Source: an uncultured bacterium
GTDB lineage: Bacteria; Patescibacteriota; Saccharimonadia; Saccharimonadales; 2-12-FULL-41-12
Reading direction: 5' to 3'
Assembly: GCA_963834265.1 (NCBI GenBank)
Contig: CAWIAU010000001.1
Location: 469,523 to 533,522 of the forward strand
DNA length: 64,000 nucleotides
Position 1 is the stretch's first letter. Each line of letters starts with the position of its first letter. The position numbers and the translations under genes were made by a program. The notes beneath the pieces were generated by a model. That model made no database searches, was not told the origin of the DNA, and saw nothing but the letters and a program-made list of their open reading frames with translations. This document shows, piece by piece, positions 19,929-29,120 of this stretch.

Positions 19929-21176
19929 ATGCCGATTGTCGGTGGCCAAATGTATGCAGAAGCCAGAGAGCAATTACGCAACTTCAACGAGCTGAATGTA
20001 CTTATACTTGGTTCAAGCACGAGAGAGATTGTAGCATTTCTGGAACAACTCAGCACGATGCACGTATACATCAATCAAACTCTGGGAACTAATGTAGGCA
20101 TAAAAGTTCACTGCACTGGTGCTTTTGATAGCAGAATTGCCCAACACTTTGGCTTAACGGTCCGTTCGCTGTCCGATATAAACGAGACTTCAACAAAAGA
20201 GCTTGTTCAAGCTGCCGACATTGACGTTATCTTCGACCAAGACAATGTATTGAGCAAACGGTACGCCCAGGATAATTTCTATGCCTTTCAGACTGTGAAT
20301 AGACTGACCGAGCTAGTTGCTTCCTGTGAAGACTTCTTAGTAGGAAATGACATCGCTTGGCTCTTTTCAAACATTACGTGGAACTTGCCCCTATTTATGC
20401 GTTACTTTGACCGCCCTGGGTTGTGTAGGGACTATTTTATGTTTATGGGCGAATGTACGGGCACTCACGGTTATACTAGCGACCAACAAGATAAAGTCAG
20501 GTACATCGCTAACCGCCTCGGGCAAATCGAGTATTCAAAAGACATCATACAGTCCTATATCAAGCGTATGCGTAAGGCAAAGCGTAATGGTTACTCGGAG
20601 CAAGATTTTGGTCTAGAGCTGAACTATCATCTTGGAAACTACTACTTCCTGATTGCTGGAGTTCTGGATAGTATGGCAAGGCTGTTGAATAACGTCTTGA
20701 AACTAGAACTAAACCGTCACCAGCTAGCACTTGAAAAAGAGGATTTTATTAACGCCAACAGGCGTAAAAGAACTGGCCTCGTCCGCATACTCACCAAAAG
20801 AGAGTTCACAGATTGGCAAAGCTTTTTAAAAGAACGCCGACACTTTATAGCCCACGAAGGTGATATGAGACAAAGCCCCCTCGTCGAGCAAAACGATGTA
20901 CTGCTAACTAACGACGAGGTAGAGAGACTGGTTGATGCCCAGAGCGACTGGACATATATGGCAACATTCACCACACGAGAAGTTATCCAAGCATTACGAG
21001 CTCAATCGGCTCAGATGGTTCGTATACAGCACGATTACAAAACAGTTGCTGAGTACGCAATGATAGTACCGAACGCCAACGGTACTAAGATATTCCAGCC
21101 CTTGAGGAGTATTGAGTATGACTATGACCAACTTGCTGACGTAATGACTAAGTTCCTGGCTAGATTAAAGGGCTGA
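19929..21176 (+). CDS. HEPN-motif protein (Cthe_2314-like), candidate defence RNase
   Basis: YYFLIAGVLDSMARLLN helix followed by an R-x4-H motif (RHFIAH). Confidence 0.65.
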   Translation: MPIVGGQMYAEAREQLRNFNELNVLILGSSTREIVAFLEQLSTMHVYINQTLGTNVGIKVHCTGAFDSRIAQHFGLTVRSLSDINETSTKELVQAADIDVIFDQDNVLSKRYAQDNFYAFQTVNRLTELVASCEDFLVGNDIAWLFSNITWNLPLFMRYFDRPGLCRDYFMFMGECTGTHGYTSDQQDKVRYIANRLGQIEYSKDIIQSYIKRMRKAKRNGYSEQDFGLELNYHLGNYYFLIAGVLDSMARLLNNVLKLELNRHQLALEKEDFINANRRKRTGLVRILTKREFTDWQSFLKERRHFIAHEGDMRQSPLVEQNDVLLTNDEVERLVDAQSDWTYMATFTTREVIQALRAQSAQMVRIQHDYKTVAEYAMIVPNANGTKIFQPLRSIEYDYDQLADVMTKFLARLKG

Positions 21177-21305
21177 TTGATAGGTTCCATTCTATACCTG
21201 CACTAATGCACGTACTTTCTTCACTGATGTCGTATCTAGCACGTCGTGCCAGGAGACTAGTTCCTTCTTGAGTAGGTTCCAATTCTTTATCTCGTAGTTC
21301 ACCAG

Positions 21306-21338
21306 GAAAATGGACCGCGTTTTTTGTGGTCTGTTTTC
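21306..21338 (+). terminator. Hairpin, probably the original tRNA-Glu terminator displaced by the island
   Basis: gaaaatggaccgc / gtggtctgttttc stem directly after the tcacca core. Confidence 0.55.
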
Positions 21339-21354
21339 ATGTTAATTGTTGATA

Positions 21355-21464
21355 GAGAATCGAACGGGAATGTTCGGTGAACATTCCCCGCCCGCCGCTC
21401 CAAAGGAGTTGCCTTAGCAAAAGTAATTTTCTTTTGCGGCAAGGTCGATTCCCCCGGATCACCA
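21355..21464 (+). repeat. Structured region ending in a degenerate tRNA-Glu 3' copy
   Basis: gagaatcgaac (inverted T-arm), perfect hairpin gggaatgttc/gaacattccc, then ggtcgattcccccggatcacca resembling 14134-14158. Confidence 0.65.
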
Positions 21465-21465
21465 A

Positions 21466-22191
21466 TTATTTGCTTTGCAAAGTTTTGTTAAACCACTTTA
21501 GGATAGTATTTTGCAGGGTTTCTTTCCACCTGGGCTCAGTCAGGGTGTGCGGAGCCCCCTCGATCACATATAGCTGCTTCTTGTCCGCTTGCATGGCGGC
21601 GTTTATGTAGGCTTTGGGGATAGATAACGGAATGAGCGCGTCATTTTCTGAGGCCACCACTAGTAAGCTACCGTTGAAATTACGGATAGCATTGCCGGCA
21701 GGTGTAGCTTCTAAATCTCCTATCTGATGAAATTGTCTATTTTCATTAACCATCGTTTCTGCCATGCTAAGCCGCATCATTTCGGCAGTGTAAGCCGCAG
21801 GGGCACGAAACACAATGCTCCGTATAAGTCGTTTGTCAGATACCATAGCTGCGAGGATTGCTCCAACACTTGACCCGACAAGACCTATGCTGGTGGCATC
21901 TACTTCGGGTTGGCTGACTAGAAAATCGTATGCGGCTAAAGCATCGCTAATGGCTTCTGCAACCGTAGACCTTTCAAAGTCTCCTTCGCTTTCGCCATGG
22001 CCACGCATACTGATAGCAAGCCCTGCAATTCCCTGCTCTGCTAAACTTTGAGTTAGAGTTATATAGCTGTTCTCGGAACTCGTCATTCCATGAAAAATAA
22101 TTACACCCGGACAAGGTTTTTTGACCGCTGGCGGTATAGCAAGGGTGCCATGAATTGTCAGGCTATCACTCAAAAATGTTACTTCCTGCAT
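21466..22191 (-). CDS. Alpha/beta hydrolase
   Basis: HGMT, RGHGES, GSSVG nucleophile elbow, D and H catalytic residues. Confidence 0.88.
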   Translation of the reverse strand: MQEVTFLSDSLTIHGTLAIPPAVKKPCPGVIIFHGMTSSENSYITLTQSLAEQGIAGLAISMRGHGESEGDFERSTVAEAISDALAAYDFLVSQPEVDATSIGLVGSSVGAILAAMVSDKRLIRSIVFRAPAAYTAEMMRLSMAETMVNENRQFHQIGDLEATPAGNAIRNFNGSLLVVASENDALIPLSIPKAYINAAMQADKKQLYVIEGAPHTLTEPRWKETLQNTILKWFNKTLQSK

Positions 22192-22262
22192 TGTCCCAGT
22201 ATACTAAAGAAAGCTTCACTAGTGCTTGAGGAGTAATTAGCGAAGCTGCCTTCCTTTTAATT

Positions 22263-23552
22263 CTAGACACGGTTCAGAAGAAGTTCAAAATATTTGCTGC
22301 CACCGAAAGCGGGGATTTTCTGACGCACAATCCCCTTGCCTTCCAGTGAATTGAGCGAATGGACCATGAACAGATCGTAGCGTTCATTTATCTCATCAAC
22401 TGCTTCGGTCAGCCATTCCTGCTTGTTTTCTGTATCGAACAGGCTGGCCTGAGCCCTGCGCGTTGGCGTAATCTGATAGCAGGTCACTCCTATGGTAGTT
22501 ACTTTAGCTTTAGGACGCTGGTTGAATAGATACAGAGCTCTTTCATAAACTTCGCGGTCGGTATAAAAACTGGTTTTGTGCATTTTGCGAACCTGCCAGT
22601 ACTCATTGCCTTCCAGGACCAGCCAGACTAACATGCCGCGGGCATCCACACCTTGGTAGCGCAACTTCCGGCCAACAGTTTCACACAGGTATTGGAACCG
22701 GGGCAGGATTACCGAACTGTCATCGGTTCGCTGGTCCATTACGTATTGCCGGCCGACATGACCTAGTTTGGTTATATTATCGTCCGTTTCCCAGCCGCGC
22801 AGTCGCTGGTACCAGTCATCGCCGATCACGCTATGAAATACTTGCCGCCGTAGAGTATCCGAGCTAGCGCTAAGGAATTCCAGCGGGGTGAAGATACCGG
22901 CGGCGTTCAGCCGAGCTTCATAGTGTCGGGCGATACCGCTGATATCCGTAAGTTGCATTGAGGCATAAACATCATTCAGATTCTTATGATCTATAACGTC
23001 CAGGCCGTCCGGCTTATGCAGGCCGGCGGCGGTTTTGGCCAGGAATCTGTTGGGACCGATACCGATATTGACCCGCATCCACTTACCTATCTCACTTTTC
23101 AGACGCTGTTTGATCTCAATGCCGATATCCGGAAGAGGCCGCTTGTTGAGAGTGGAGCGGGTACTGTGAAAGTCGATTATGCCCTCGTCTATACTCTTCA
23201 TTTTGACATCCGGCGAATAGCTCTTCATGATCGCACACAATTTTTGATATACATGGTGGTACTTTGGCGGATCAGACTCCAGCATCATAAAATTCGGGAT
23301 AATCATGCGTGCCTCAATCAGTCCCATCCCCACTTTTATGCCCAGGGCCTTTGCTTCGTATGACGCGGCAATTACACAGCAGTTTCTGGACAGGCGGTTA
23401 GTCACGCCTATTGGCCGGCCACGAAGGCTCGTTCTGGCTTGTTGTTCAATGGTGGCAAAAGCAGAGTTCAGGTCAATATGCATGATAAGTGGCTCTTCCT
23501 GGTTGAATCCGAGTTCTCCCCACCTTGCCTGCGCGGCAATATAGCTTTTCAT
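22263..23552 (-). CDS. dinB: Y-family DNA polymerase (DinB/UmuC-like)
   Basis: HIDLNSAFA, ASYEAK..G, SIDE, LAKTA..KPDG motifs. Confidence 0.9.
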   Translation of the reverse strand: MKSYIAAQARWGELGFNQEEPLIMHIDLNSAFATIEQQARTSLRGRPIGVTNRLSRNCCVIAASYEAKALGIKVGMGLIEARMIIPNFMMLESDPPKYHHVYQKLCAIMKSYSPDVKMKSIDEGIIDFHSTRSTLNKRPLPDIGIEIKQRLKSEIGKWMRVNIGIGPNRFLAKTAAGLHKPDGLDVIDHKNLNDVYASMQLTDISGIARHYEARLNAAGIFTPLEFLSASSDTLRRQVFHSVIGDDWYQRLRGWETDDNITKLGHVGRQYVMDQRTDDSSVILPRFQYLCETVGRKLRYQGVDARGMLVWLVLEGNEYWQVRKMHKTSFYTDREVYERALYLFNQRPKAKVTTIGVTCYQITPTRRAQASLFDTENKQEWLTEAVDEINERYDLFMVHSLNSLEGKGIVRQKIPAFGGSKYFELLLNRV

Positions 23553-23815
23553 TTTGCTACTCCTTCCAGTATGGCTACCAGGGTCCAGGTAAGCATTTCG
23601 GCATCGAACTCCAGCCGGTAATCATTGGTTCCGTCGCTCATATCGAACACATGGATCATGCGTTGACCTTTTCTGGTGGGATGACGCAGTCCCAGCTCGC
23701 TGAAAGTTATTTCTTCGCCCCGATATTTCATCCTGGCGGGTACGACGAGATGCGTCGGATTACCCTGAGAATGGAAAACTGTAATTACTTCTACTCTTTG
23801 ATTAACTTCATACAT
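23549..23815 (-). CDS. Small beta-rich protein coupled to the Y-family polymerase
   Basis: 88 aa; ATGA overlap with the polymerase; YRLEFD..W pattern. Confidence 0.75.
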   Translation of the reverse strand: MYEVNQRVEVITVFHSQGNPTHLVVPARMKYRGEEITFSELGLRHPTRKGQRMIHVFDMSDGTNDYRLEFDAEMLTWTLVAILEGVAK

Positions 23816-24037
23816 ATCTAAACAACCCCGGTTATACAGTAAATGGAACGGAATTTGGTTGTATGGTTGCCTGATAGGTCTTTGCGGCCGTCCAGCCCGC
23901 TAGTTGCCGTGACAGGAAACTAAGTGTTGTTCAGATAAGGATTCGCAGGGACGCTTTTAGCGTGAAGCTATAGTGTGTATGCTACCTGTTCTTATTATAA
24001 AGGATCGGTCAATAGGAGAATATGCCCGGCGGTTGAG

Positions 24038-25315
24038 TTAGGGGGTGAAGGCGATGCGGCCGGGGTCGGCTACTATGGAGAACCATGTTTGGCCGGGGTT
24101 AAGGGCCAGCTTTTGTCCGGCTTCATCTATGAATTCAAACTGGTCTTTGGGACCGGCTTTTTTCCATGTTCCCTTTTGCAACTGCCCGTCCTGAAAAACA
24201 TACATCATTCCGGCTCCGGTTGTCTGATATACCGAATATACACCGTTCTGCGAGAATCCCATGACAAGTGCTACGACAACCTTTGGTTCTATTATGGCAC
24301 CACTGTGCTGGTCTGTATGTGGCCTGCCACCTAAGCTTCGGTGATAGGAGTTTGTAGCCGGAATGTAATCGTAGTGCGGGTTATATAAAAAGCTTGAAAT
24401 ATTGAAATCAATACTTTTGGCTGTGACCGGCTGGCCCGGTTTCTCGGCTTTGCGCAGGTAGCTGGTGAATGTACTGGTCGTAAAACCGCGGGCCCGGGAG
24501 ACTTCATCCAGTGCAGCCATATTAGTATAGAGATTGTGGGGCGCATAGCGGTCGCTTGCCCGCCGGAACGCCTGAGCGTTGGCGCCATGGTCAATATCTT
24601 TAACTCCCAGACTTTTAATCTTTGCCAGCCCTTCGCCGCTGCCGCCGGCATGCACCACGGACGCATCAAATGGCAGGAAGAAGTCGATATAATACGGCCG
24701 TATTGAGCGGACCGGACCGATATTTCCCGGCTGGTTCTCCTGATACATAGCGTTGAAGCGGGTAATCCCTCCCTCGGCAATAGCTTCAAATACGACTCCT
24801 GCTTCGCGGAGACCTGCTTGCGGGCGGGCATCAGGGCTGTTTTCTATCTGAACTGATGTAACGGGTCGTGCATTAAGCTCTACAGGTACGACCGCCCCCG
24901 TCAAACGGGAGGGTTCAGTAGTAGGCTTGGGGGGCGGATCAGCTGTTTTGGGCTGTAAGGCGGGCGCATTTGTAACCTGCGACGGCTTCTTCTGCAATAG
25001 AGCATAAGTTATACCGCTTCCACCCAGAATTACTACGGCGACCAGCAGGCCGGCTATAATACGTCCTTTTTTACTCTCAGGCCATATTTTTTGCACAAAA
25101 CTTTTGTATCGTTGCCATAAAGATTGTTTGCTATTCGAATTATCAGGAAAAATATCACCGACGTTAATGCTACCCGAATCATTACTTACCACAGATTCTT
25201 CCTGCTCTGCTACAACATCGGGCGGTACAAACGGCGGTTCCTCAGAATCAGAATCCGTATTTTTGAACGAATTTTTGTTCCCGGGCCCATTCGCAGGGCG
25301 GATGTCATCAAGCAT
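24038..25315 (-). CDS. DUF3048-like membrane-anchored protein
   Basis: TM helix; IENSPDARPQAGL..A..VFE..AEGGITRF; GPVRS..R; RYAPHNLY. Confidence 0.85.
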   Translation of the reverse strand: MLDDIRPANGPGNKNSFKNTDSDSEEPPFVPPDVVAEQEESVVSNDSGSINVGDIFPDNSNSKQSLWQRYKSFVQKIWPESKKGRIIAGLLVAVVILGGSGITYALLQKKPSQVTNAPALQPKTADPPPKPTTEPSRLTGAVVPVELNARPVTSVQIENSPDARPQAGLREAGVVFEAIAEGGITRFNAMYQENQPGNIGPVRSIRPYYIDFFLPFDASVVHAGGSGEGLAKIKSLGVKDIDHGANAQAFRRASDRYAPHNLYTNMAALDEVSRARGFTTSTFTSYLRKAEKPGQPVTAKSIDFNISSFLYNPHYDYIPATNSYHRSLGGRPHTDQHSGAIIEPKVVVALVMGFSQNGVYSVYQTTGAGMMYVFQDGQLQKGTWKKAGPKDQFEFIDEAGQKLALNPGQTWFSIVADPGRIAFTP

Positions 25316-25355
25316 ATCGGTCTATTGTATCAAAGCTTACGTTTATGTGACAAAT

Positions 25356-26786
25356 TTACAAATGTTCAAGTTGTTCATTGATCCTTCGCATGACTGTTTC
25401 CTTGCGCAGCACAGCAAGGGTTTCAGCCAGACCGGGGCTCGCAGACGACTGAGTAGTCGCGATACGGATCAGGCTGAACAAGATACCTGGTTTTTGCCCG
25501 GTTTCGTCCAGAAGTTTATTCAGTGCTTCTTGCAGTGACTCAACATCAAAGGTGGTATCAATCAATTTTGCCCGGGCTGACATCAACAATTCTTTTTGCT
25601 CTTGCAGATCAAGCTTTTTGAGCTGTTTGTTGTTAGCTATCAGATCCGGATTGACCGGTAAATCTTCGAAGAAAAATTGTGTAAGTTCCGGCAGTTCGGC
25701 AAAGAACTTCAATCGTTCCTGTACCAGACTCAGAACCTGTTTTTTGTAGTCATCAGTATAGTTTTTTGCAGCTTGCGACCAGAATTTCTCCACTTTTATA
25801 TACAGGTCTTCAGAACTGAGGTTACGGATATGCGCACCGTTGAGCCATATAAGACGCTGCTCATCAAATTGTGCCCCGCCCTTGTGAACGCGGGCCGGAT
25901 CAAATTTTTTAATCAGCTCTTCTGTAGTGAATATTTCCTGCTCGGTGCCGTCATTCCAGCCGAGTGTGGCCAGAAAATTCACCATAGCCTCCGGTAGATA
26001 ACCCTCCTTTTGATAATCCAGTATATCCTTTGCGCCATCACGTTTGGAGAGCTTTTTGTTGCCGCCGGGATTCAGGACAAATGGCAGTGTTGCCATAATG
26101 GGAGGCGATATTTCCAGGGCTTCGTAAAGATTGAGATATTTGGGAATCGAAGCGATAAATTCCTGGCTGCGAATAACGTGGGTAATTTGCATTTCATGAT
26201 CATCTATAATATGAGCGAAGTTATACGTCGGGAAGCCATCAGATTTCATCAGAATAAAGTCGTCAATCACTTCCGGACCGGTTGCCAGGTCTCCCATTAC
26301 AGCGTCCTGCCACTGATATTCTTTGGGCTCGCTTCTCAGGCGCAGAGGCTGAGTCCCGTCCCAGACAGGGGGATTTCCCGGCCGGTAATCCCGGAACAGA
26401 AACGGGCGCTTTTCTGCCCTTGCCTGGTCACGAAAAGCCTGAAGCTCATTTTTGTCATATGGGTCAGGGTAGGCTTTATCTTGTTCTACCAGTTTCACTG
26501 CCCATTTTTTATAAATATCCAGTCGTTCACTCTGTTTGTAAGGGCCATATTGACCATCTCTATCCGGCCCTTCGTCCCAATCTATGCCCAGCCATCCCAG
26601 ACTTTTGATAATATGCTGAACTGAACCTGTTACTTCCCTGTCCTGATCAGTGTCTTCGATACGCAGGATAAACTTCCCTCCGCGCTTGCGGGCCAAAAGC
26701 CAGGCAAAAAGTGCCGTCCGTACGCCCCCCACATGCATAAAACCCGTAGGGCTGGGTGCAAACCGTGTTCTTACTGTAGTGCTCAT
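25356..26786 (-). CDS. gltX: Glutamate--tRNA ligase
   Basis: RFAPSPTG HVGG, LRIEDTD, KLSKR. Confidence 0.97.
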   Translation of the reverse strand: MSTTVRTRFAPSPTGFMHVGGVRTALFAWLLARKRGGKFILRIEDTDQDREVTGSVQHIIKSLGWLGIDWDEGPDRDGQYGPYKQSERLDIYKKWAVKLVEQDKAYPDPYDKNELQAFRDQARAEKRPFLFRDYRPGNPPVWDGTQPLRLRSEPKEYQWQDAVMGDLATGPEVIDDFILMKSDGFPTYNFAHIIDDHEMQITHVIRSQEFIASIPKYLNLYEALEISPPIMATLPFVLNPGGNKKLSKRDGAKDILDYQKEGYLPEAMVNFLATLGWNDGTEQEIFTTEELIKKFDPARVHKGGAQFDEQRLIWLNGAHIRNLSSEDLYIKVEKFWSQAAKNYTDDYKKQVLSLVQERLKFFAELPELTQFFFEDLPVNPDLIANNKQLKKLDLQEQKELLMSARAKLIDTTFDVESLQEALNKLLDETGQKPGILFSLIRIATTQSSASPGLAETLAVLRKETVMRRINEQLEHL

Positions 26787-26813
26787 TTACTTCAAGTCTA
26801 ACAGATACAGCAT

Positions 26814-27926
26814 TTACAGGCTATTGGCGATGCGAAGTAACTGGTCGTCGCTTAGACTGGCGTTGCCCGCAATGTCATACCAGACACCGGCGTCAACCCA
26901 TGTAACATTGGATCCACCATATATATACAGTGTTCTGCCCCGGTCATCCGGATAAGTACGAAGCTCGCTCTTGTCGCGTGCATAGTTAGACAGTAGTGTG
27001 GCCGGAGACCATTCGCTTACCTGCTGTTTAACCTGAAAAAATTTATTGTCGGTGCGGGATTTAAACGAAATCACAACTTTGCCCGGTTCGGCTTCGATCG
27101 GTCCTGCTATCCCGAAACCTGATGGGCTATAGCCCGGAAGGCCGGCCGAAAACCCCGCTCTGGAAGCCGCTACGCGCATCTGAACATCGGGAACATTCTG
27201 ATATGCAAAGAATCCGGTCAGTAGTACAACTGCCAGCGTTGACGAAACAATAGTCATGCGTTTCGGCTTCTTTGTCTTTATATGATGCGAATTCAAATGA
27301 GATGTCGCGCCCTCTATGGCATGCTCGAGGCTTTTACTGATATGACTGGCCGGATGAGCTGCAACCGAGGCTGCAGTTGTCTGTGTCGCGTGTGTATGTG
27401 ATTTCGGTGGAGCAGCAACAGGTATAGATTCGACGTGTTTGGTAAATGCAGATGAAACCGTACCTGTGTAAAAACGACTGATTATATTACTTTTTTTTAT
27501 TTTTTTGGCACGTTCCAATCTTGCTCTATGATCCAATGGCAGAAGAGCGGTTGGTTTGTAGTCCCTGATGTGTTCAGACTTTTTGGTTGCGTGCGGCTGC
27601 GTAAGCTGTGGTTTGGTCACACCTGGCCTCATAAGTGTCTTTGATTTCTGAGTCGATGAGTGTAAATGCTTTGAGGTATGAGCAGCCGGTTGTCGTTTAG
27701 CGGCATGACGGTTAGTTTTATGAGTGGTAGTATTTGCCGAAAAATTCTCTGTATGCTGCCGGACAAAGCCGTCTATAACGCCATGACCGGGCGGTGCAAC
27801 AGGCATGGATGATGTTTCCAAAATGTCTGCAGGACTCTTCTCCGGCTCGGAAGACCCGAGTATTTTGCCTGTATGGGCATCATAGCGAACGCCGTTTAGC
27901 TCTATATATGTTTTTTTGTTGCTCAC
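26814..27926 (-). CDS. Membrane-anchored protein with a basic disordered N-terminus and DUF4367-like C-terminus
   Basis: TM near aa 225-243; LPGY.PSGF; W..GVWY.I.G..LS.DQLLRIA.SL. Confidence 0.65.
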   Translation of the reverse strand: MSNKKTYIELNGVRYDAHTGKILGSSEPEKSPADILETSSMPVAPPGHGVIDGFVRQHTENFSANTTTHKTNRHAAKRQPAAHTSKHLHSSTQKSKTLMRPGVTKPQLTQPHATKKSEHIRDYKPTALLPLDHRARLERAKKIKKSNIISRFYTGTVSSAFTKHVESIPVAAPPKSHTHATQTTAASVAAHPASHISKSLEHAIEGATSHLNSHHIKTKKPKRMTIVSSTLAVVLLTGFFAYQNVPDVQMRVAASRAGFSAGLPGYSPSGFGIAGPIEAEPGKVVISFKSRTDNKFFQVKQQVSEWSPATLLSNYARDKSELRTYPDDRGRTLYIYGGSNVTWVDAGVWYDIAGNASLSDDQLLRIANSL

Positions 27927-28040
27927 GTTTTACTCTTGGTTGTTTCTGGCTGGTTATGTTTATCTTAGTGTAAACCTCTGGTTCAAAAAGGTAAAGCATA
28001 AAATACGCATTCTGAAAAGCAACTAAAAACAAATCTTTTT

Positions 28041-28295
28041 TTAAATCAGTTTCAAATGCCCTGCTTCGCAGTCCACTTGAGCTACTTTCTTGTGCCAACA
28101 AGAAAGTAGCCAAAGAAATGGCAGCAGTTGCCAAAAGCCTACTGAGTCCAATACCAGACTGACTTGTGATGTCCAGGACTCCTTACGGTCGGTCATTTTT
28201 ATAATTTTATAAGAGAAAAATGACTGGCTGGACATCAATGATTCAAGTCACCCTGATTGGACTCAATCGGTTTTGCCAAATGCTGGTCAGAATCA
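28041..28295 (+). repeat. Structured intergenic element, type B
   Basis: aaatcagtttca, gctactttcttg..caagaaagtagc hairpin, gttgccaaaa..ttttgccaaatgctgg. Confidence 0.85.
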
Positions 28296-28303
28296 ATAAT
28301 CAG

Positions 28304-28906
28304 CTAAAGAGCGATCATAGTGTTAAGGGCAGTATTTATTGCTGAAATTGCTTCCGTTTCTTTCGTTGCTTGTGGGTCTTGCTGTGAGCTTGTACAACTT
28401 CCCCCAGGAGGACCCGCCAAATAATAGTAATCGTTAAGTTGTTTTTTGAATCGTGGGCTGTTTTCAGACATCATTGCGTCGTAGGTTTCCTTGAAGCTTC
28501 CCGCTTCACCAATTTCACCTATATATTTATCCAGTGCTTTACCTCTCTCAATAATAACCGTGCTGGCTGTGCAGTCTTTTGTAATGTTGTCTAAAATTTT
28601 TGACCTAAAGGCAAAGACAATGTTGCCATTTTGTTTTGTGTAAGCAAGACCATCTACCTGATCATTCAGTGGTATTTTAATTCCCCACTCGCTAACCGTT
28701 AAGTATTTTTGACTTGCTACTACTTCGTTCGTTGTATCAGTTTCTGGCTTTGGGTCATTCTTCTGAGAAGAAACCGATGAAGAATCTTCATTTTTATCTT
28801 TACTGGCATTAATCACATAGAATCCTGTGCCGGCAATCATTGATAAGGCAACGATTATTAATATGCCCTCGATTACACCGAAACCTTTTTGAGTAAGCTT
28901 TTGCAT
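28304..28906 (-). CDS. Type IV pilin-like protein (prepilin N-terminus)
   Basis: QKG|FGVIE followed by a hydrophobic helix; paired Cys in the C-terminal domain. Confidence 0.7.
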   Translation of the reverse strand: MQKLTQKGFGVIEGILIIVALSMIAGTGFYVINASKDKNEDSSSVSSQKNDPKPETDTTNEVVASQKYLTVSEWGIKIPLNDQVDGLAYTKQNGNIVFAFRSKILDNITKDCTASTVIIERGKALDKYIGEIGEAGSFKETYDAMMSENSPRFKKQLNDYYYLAGPPGGSCTSSQQDPQATKETEAISAINTALNTMIAL

Positions 28907-28967
28907 AATATACTCTGCATTTCGATTATGGTTGTTTTAAATTACTATACAGCTTTTGATCTTAAAT

Positions 28968-29036
28968 AAATACTTTAGTCCATGGCTCCCAACCAGGCCT
29001 TACAGCTTCCTGATAAGCGAGTGTCAGAAGAACAGT
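28968..29036 (-). repeat. Degenerate, truncated type A element (inner end)
   Basis: aatactttagtccatgg..caggcc..agcttcctgataagcgagtgtca matches the inner end of the other A copies. Confidence 0.7.
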
Positions 29037-29120
29037 TCTTTTCTTTGCTAAAAGAATTTGTATTTAGGAAAATAAAATATTACTTCTGTTATATAATAGA
29101 ATCTACAGCCTCACAAAACT

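Larger units (their letters stand above)
14159..21304. mobile_element. Genomic island / integrative element at the tRNA-Glu 3' end
   Basis: Serine recombinase abuts the tRNA; shared core tcacca at 14153-14158 and 21299-21304; accessory and decayed cargo. Confidence 0.8.

Noticed and set aside
21443-21464. Degenerate tRNA 3' copy taken as the island attR
   Set aside because: Not excluded but disfavoured: the tcacca core at 21299-21304 gives dyad symmetry, an in-frame integrase tail and a downstream terminator.
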